This document shows positions 59,701-64,000 of a DNA stretch of 64,000 nt, one piece after another (the first letter of the stretch is position 1; every line of letters starts with the position of its first letter). The stretch is from an uncultured delta proteobacterium (GTDB lineage Bacteria; Myxococcota; Myxococcia; Myxococcales; Myxococcaceae), in the NCBI GenBank assembly GCA_963771175.1, contig CAVYSY010000036.1:62385-126384 (forward strand). Reading direction: 5' to 3'. A model generated the notes under the pieces. The model was not told the DNA's origin. It did not search any database and saw only the letters and a list, made by a program, of their open reading frames with translations. A program made the position numbers and the translations under genes.

Positions 59701-61866
59701 TCAGGAGAAGGGGCCGCCGGCCGGGAGCGCCGGGGTTGCATCGAGTTCGTTCTCGGCCGCCCTGGCGGCGCTCGCCTGACGGGGGTGGTGCACCACCAGC
59801 AGCGACGTGGGCGCCTCCCGGATGAGGCGCTCGCGGTACAGGCCGAAGAGGCTGTTCTCCAGCCCCCACTCCGCCCCTACACCTACCACCACGAGGTCAT
59901 ACCCGCGCCGCGCTTCTTCCAAGGCCGCGTCCTCGGGCGAGTCGTGCGCCACCACGCGCGTGTGCACGCGCCCGAGCTCCTCCGGGAAGAGCTCCTCGAC
60001 GGGGGGCCGCGTTCCCGTGTGCCCGCGCGAGCCTTCGGGTGGGGTCACGTACAACACCATCACCTCCGCGCCCGAGGAGCGCTGCAGGCGCCGCGCCAGG
60101 GCAAGCGCCGCCCGGTCATCCGGACTGGCGATGAAGGGCACCAGCACCCGGCGGACCTGCTCCAGCCCCCGGTCCACCAGCACCGCCACGTCCGTGCCCG
60201 CCTCCTGCATCACCTCGTGCACCGTACCTCCCAGCATCGTGCGGCTGAAGAGCGGCTTGTGCCAGCCGAGCAGGATGAGGCTGGCCTGCTTGGCCTCGGC
60301 GGTGCGGCAGATGTCCAGCCCGGGCTCGGCCGACACGAAGGACAGCGGGCGCACCTCCAATCCCAGGCTGCTGGCACGGCCCACCAATGGGGCCAGGGTG
60401 TTGCCGCTGGCCTTCTCCGGGTCACGGCGCAGATGGAAGGAGGCGCGCTCGGAGGGGGCAATGAGGTGCAGGGCGTAGAGCTGGGACGACTGCGCGGGCA
60501 CACCGAGGAGGGCGCGCCCCAGGGTCACCATGCCGGCTCCCGCCTGCTCATGGGACACGCACATCAACACGGTGAAGGGCGACACCTCCGGAAGCGTGAC
60601 CACCGGGGCGAGCGACACCTGGTCCCGCGCCATCTCCTCGGGGGGATAGATCCACCGCAGCAGCGGCGTCGTCATGAACGTGGTCACCAGCGCCATCACC
60701 ACCATCATGGTGAAGAGGGTGGGCGAGATGACGCCCAGATCCAGGCCGATGTTGAGCACGATGAGCTCCATCAGCCCGCGGGTGTTCATCAGGACGCCGA
60801 GGGCCCCCGCCTCGCGCCAGCGCATGCCGGTGAACCGCGCGGCCAGCGCACTGCCGCCGAACTTGCCCACGCAGGCCAGGAAGATGATGAGGCCACACAT
60901 CACCCAGTGGTCGCCGGTGGACAGCAGTCCAATCTGCGTGCGCAGGCCGCTGAAGGCGAAGAAGAGGGGCAGCAGCAGCACCACCGCCACGTCCTCGAGC
61001 TTCTCGGCCAGCGCCTGCGCCAGCCCGCCCTCCTTGGGGATGACCGCGCCCATCATGAAGGCGCCGAAGAGGGCATGGATGCCGATGAGCTCCGTGGCCC
61101 ACGCGGACGCCAGCAGCATCATCAGGGTCAGGGCGACTCCGTTCTGGTTGAGCCCCTCCTTGTTCGCCACGCGCGCGCCCAGCCGCGCCAGGAAGGGCCG
61201 CACCAGCCCCAGCATGAAGGCGATGTAGAGCAGCGCCAGGAGCGTGGTGAGCCCCGCTTGCATCAGGTTCGAGGCCCGCACGATGGAGACGACGAAGGCC
61301 AGCAGGCACCATGCCGTCACGTCGTCCACCGCCGCGCAGGTGATGGTCATGGCGCCCACCCTGGACTGGAGCAGCCGCCGCTCGGTGAGGATGCGCGCCA
61401 GCACCGGGAAGGCGGTGATGCTCATCGCCACGCCCATGAAGAGCACGAAGGAGGAGAAGGGCACCGAGGGCTCGGACAGCCTCGGGTAGAGCCACAGCGC
61501 CGCCGCCGCGCCCAGCGCGAAGGGCACCAGGATGCTCGTGTGGCTGATGATGACCGAGGCATGTCCCCGGCCCTTGAGCATCCGCGGGTCCAGCTCCAGC
61601 CCGATGAGGAACATGAAGAGGATGAGCCCCACCTGGCTCAGCATCTTCAGCACCGGCATGGCGCTGGCCGGGAACAGCCACTCCATGGCTCCCGGCGCCA
61701 CCCACCCCAGCAGCGACGGGCCCAGGAGGATGCCCGCGAGCACCTCGGCGATGACCAGTGGCTGGCCCAGCCACCGCGCGCCCCGCCCGATCAGCCGGGA
61801 AACTCCAATGATCACGAGGAATTGCACGATCAACAAGGTGAGCGCGTTGTGTGCGACGGCGTGCAT
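59701..61866 (-). CDS. Cation:proton antiporter (CPA2/CHX-like) with C-terminal USP-like domains
   Basis: GQPLVIAEVLAGILLGPS, SITAFPVLARIL, AAVDDV, MNTRGLMELIVLNIG; cytoplasmic USP-like tail. Confidence 0.92.
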   Translation of the reverse strand: MHAVAHNALTLLIVQFLVIIGVSRLIGRGARWLGQPLVIAEVLAGILLGPSLLGWVAPGAMEWLFPASAMPVLKMLSQVGLILFMFLIGLELDPRMLKGRGHASVIISHTSILVPFALGAAAALWLYPRLSEPSVPFSSFVLFMGVAMSITAFPVLARILTERRLLQSRVGAMTITCAAVDDVTAWCLLAFVVSIVRASNLMQAGLTTLLALLYIAFMLGLVRPFLARLGARVANKEGLNQNGVALTLMMLLASAWATELIGIHALFGAFMMGAVIPKEGGLAQALAEKLEDVAVVLLLPLFFAFSGLRTQIGLLSTGDHWVMCGLIIFLACVGKFGGSALAARFTGMRWREAGALGVLMNTRGLMELIVLNIGLDLGVISPTLFTMMVVMALVTTFMTTPLLRWIYPPEEMARDQVSLAPVVTLPEVSPFTVLMCVSHEQAGAGMVTLGRALLGVPAQSSQLYALHLIAPSERASFHLRRDPEKASGNTLAPLVGRASSLGLEVRPLSFVSAEPGLDICRTAEAKQASLILLGWHKPLFSRTMLGGTVHEVMQEAGTDVAVLVDRGLEQVRRVLVPFIASPDDRAALALARRLQRSSGAEVMVLYVTPPEGSRGHTGTRPPVEELFPEELGRVHTRVVAHDSPEDAALEEARRGYDLVVVGVGAEWGLENSLFGLYRERLIREAPTSLLVVHHPRQASAARAAENELDATPALPAGGPFS

Positions 61867-62060
61867 GGGCCACCTCCGTGAAGCGTTAAGTTCGCACTTA
61901 TCAGCTTCCAGATGAGCGTGTCACCCTCCCCTTCGCCTCTCATCCCAGCGACGCCATGGCCGCCCGCCTGGTCCACGTTCAACGAGAACTGCGCGGAGCG
62001 CCCCACGCGGCACGGACGCACGGCGCACCTCGGGCCGGTCCGGGAGTCCTGGAGGGCGCA

Positions 62061-62277
62061 TGGGACTCACCCGCCCAGGACGAGGCCGCCCGGATCCGTC
62101 GTGGCCTCGAGCCGCGAGGTCGCCTTTCGCGCCGCGCCGCTCTGCGGGTCTCGCTCGAGCACGAGCCGCCAGGCCGCCCGCGCCTGCTCGCTCCGGCCGA
62201 GCCGCTCGAGGCAGTCCCCCCACGCCAGCAACCCGGAGCCGCCCTGCCCCTTGTATGGGTGAGCGGCCCCGGCCTCG
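62061..62277. repeat. 217-bp direct repeat, copy 2 (within the intact TPR gene)
   Basis: See copy 1. Confidence 0.92.
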
Positions 62278-63092
62278 AAGTGACGGAGGGCCTCGTCCAG
62301 GTGCCCCGCCTCCAGGGCGATCCGCCCGAGCAGGAACAACCCGTTCCTCGTGCTCGCGACCCGGCGCGCGAGCGCCAGTCCCGCTCGTGCTTGCTGCTCG
62401 GCCTCGTCGTACCGCCGCAGTGACAGCAGCGCCGCGGCATGCGTGAAGGCCACCTCGCTCCAGTACACGCGGGGCAGATCCTCGCGCTCCACCTGCTCGA
62501 TGCACGAGAGCGCGTCGGCGCCCCACCCGGTATTCGCCTGGATCCACGCCCGTTGCAGGAGGATGCTATTGCGCAGGATCGGCACCTCGCCCACCGCCTC
62601 CTCCAATCGGTGGAGACGCTCGCCGGCGGCCTTCCAGTCACCGAGGTTGTAGAGCGCCTCGCAGAGATTGAGCTGCACCAGGGCCTCGGGCTCGCCGAGT
62701 GGCTCCTGCTCCGGCGCCTGGGCCTCCTGCCGCGGCCAGAGGTGCTCGACCTCGAGTGCCTCCTTGTAGAGACCCGCGTTGATGAAGGTGTTGATGGCCG
62801 TGTTGGCGAGCGCCCAGGAGCCCACGGCCCTGGCCTCGTCCGCGAGGCGCCGAGCCCCCTCGATGGCTCGCGCGGTCTCTCCGAGCGCCTCCCGCGCATG
62901 CACCGTCAACTGCCGCAATGACCGCCGCATCGCCGCATCGGGCCCCAGCAGCCAGATGAGGCGGGTGAGCAGGAGCGTGCCGCGATAGGCGCCCAGGTGG
63001 AAACTGCACTCCTCCGCGAGCTGGAACAGCGCGCCGATGAGCACCTGCCGCAGCAGCACGAAGACCAGGAGGGAGAGGGCGAGCTTGAGCAT
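62067..63092 (-). CDS. Tetratricopeptide-repeat protein with N-terminal hydrophobic segment
   Basis: Helical repeats, e.g. LFLLGRIALEAGHLDEALRHF and WGDCLERLGRSEQARAAWRLVLERDP. Confidence 0.8.
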   Translation of the reverse strand: MLKLALSLLVFVLLRQVLIGALFQLAEECSFHLGAYRGTLLLTRLIWLLGPDAAMRRSLRQLTVHAREALGETARAIEGARRLADEARAVGSWALANTAINTFINAGLYKEALEVEHLWPRQEAQAPEQEPLGEPEALVQLNLCEALYNLGDWKAAGERLHRLEEAVGEVPILRNSILLQRAWIQANTGWGADALSCIEQVEREDLPRVYWSEVAFTHAAALLSLRRYDEAEQQARAGLALARRVASTRNGLFLLGRIALEAGHLDEALRHFEAGAAHPYKGQGGSGLLAWGDCLERLGRSEQARAAWRLVLERDPQSGAARKATSRLEATTDPGGLVLGG

Positions 63093-63145
63093 GAAGGGAC
63101 CCCCTCAGCCTAACGCGCATGGGGGGGACACACGATGCCTGCTCG

Positions 63146-63871
63146 TCAGGCGGGCGACCCCGCGTCTCGAGGGGAACGGACCGCCTCCTCGTAGCCCGGC
63201 GGGGGTGGCCCCGCCGGGGATGGCGTGAGGGGCAGACCCCTCCGCCGGCACGTGGGCCCGATGAGCGTGAGGGCCCCCTGGGCTGCGAGCGCGAGCAGCG
63301 AGCGCAGCAGCTCGGTTCCTCCCCGCGAGGGCGCGGCGAGCGGCACGCGGAAGCAGAGCGCGTCGTCGTCCTGCTCGGGCTCGCAGGGCGCGAGGGCCTG
63401 GACGAGCCGGTACATCGGCAGGTTGCCCGACAGCACCCGGAACTCGAAGCCCTCCACTCCCCGCTCGCGCGCGGCCTCCTCCAGCCTGTCCATCAGGACG
63501 CGACCGAGCCCCTTGCCCTGGGCATCGTCCACCACGGTGATGGCCACCTCGGCGATCTCGGGAGCGTGGGCCAGGCGGATGAACCGCGCCACGCCCAGCC
63601 CCACCTCCCGCCCGCTGGGGCTCCTCGTCACCGCCCCGATGGCCACGTGCCGCTCCCCATCCACGTGCGTGAGGTAGAGCAGCTCCTCCTGGGAGAGCCG
63701 CGGCTTGGCGGACAGGAAGCGCTGGAGGCGCGAGCGCGAGGAGAGCCGCTCGAAGCCGTCCTTCAGCAGCGCGGCGTCCTCGGGCCGTACCATCCGCAGC
63801 TCCGCCCACGTCTCATCCGCGAGCGACAGCCGCTCACGGTACTGAGGATGGAAACGGCGGTAGGGCTGCAT
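63146..63871 (-). CDS. GNAT-family N-acetyltransferase (acyl-CoA-synthetase-associated type); 3' end uncertain
   Basis: LS..SR..RF, AEVAITVVDDAQGKGLG (motif A), VL..N.PM. Confidence 0.85.
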   Translation of the reverse strand: MQPYRRFHPQYRERLSLADETWAELRMVRPEDAALLKDGFERLSSRSRLQRFLSAKPRLSQEELLYLTHVDGERHVAIGAVTRSPSGREVGLGVARFIRLAHAPEIAEVAITVVDDAQGKGLGRVLMDRLEEAARERGVEGFEFRVLSGNLPMYRLVQALAPCEPEQDDDALCFRVPLAAPSRGGTELLRSLLALAAQGALTLIGPTCRRRGLPLTPSPAGPPPPGYEEAVRSPRDAGSPA

Positions 63872-64000
63872 CGCGGACCTCCCAGTGGCTGGCCTTGAAA
63901 CTGCGCCCGATGCCGCACTGCGGCAAGCCGTCCGGGACCCCCTTTCGGACACATGAGAGGTAGCGGACAACAGGTGCGTCAGACTCTCCGCAATTCAGGT

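Overview
High-GC myxobacterial chromosome segment (Myxococcota, probably Archangiaceae; inferred from gene content such as DUF2378, ELWxxDGT and DUF4388 proteins and from codon usage). The backbone is housekeeping: fni, htpX, dapF, hpt/upp/tdk, spoVG-prs-rplY-pth-rpsF-rpsR-rplI-dnaB, thiE/thiD and clpB. It also carries signalling genes: a HAMP histidine kinase, a degenerate GGDEF response regulator and a sigma-54 activator. Many genes, including housekeeping ones such as rplY and thiE, have single-base indels, so the sequence is probably an error-containing long-read assembly rather than a decaying genome. The main discovery is an apparently accessory ~10.5 kb block (about 12.4-23.0 kb) that looks like a RiPP (ribosomal peptide) cluster of a class I cannot assign. 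It has three tiny precursor genes (36, 22 and 21 aa) that the ORF track does not call as such. They share a 10-aa leader, MK(I/V)KTK(I/V)RGG, and cores beginning AR-x-C-x-GG. Upstream is a 603-aa orphan protein with no family I recognise, the candidate maturase. Divergently transcribed from it are a HlyD adaptor, a C39-peptidase ABC transporter and a second ABC transporter lacking the peptidase motifs. A shared upstream DNA motif precedes the maturase and precursor 2. Other points of interest: a 217-bp direct repeat (3' end of a TPR gene) flanking a cation/H+ antiporter-USP plus HTH-PTS-EIIA cassette, a clear sigma-54 promoter in front of an SPFH gene, and a TonB receptor-HmuY pair. I found no rRNA, tRNA, CRISPR array, integrase or transposase.
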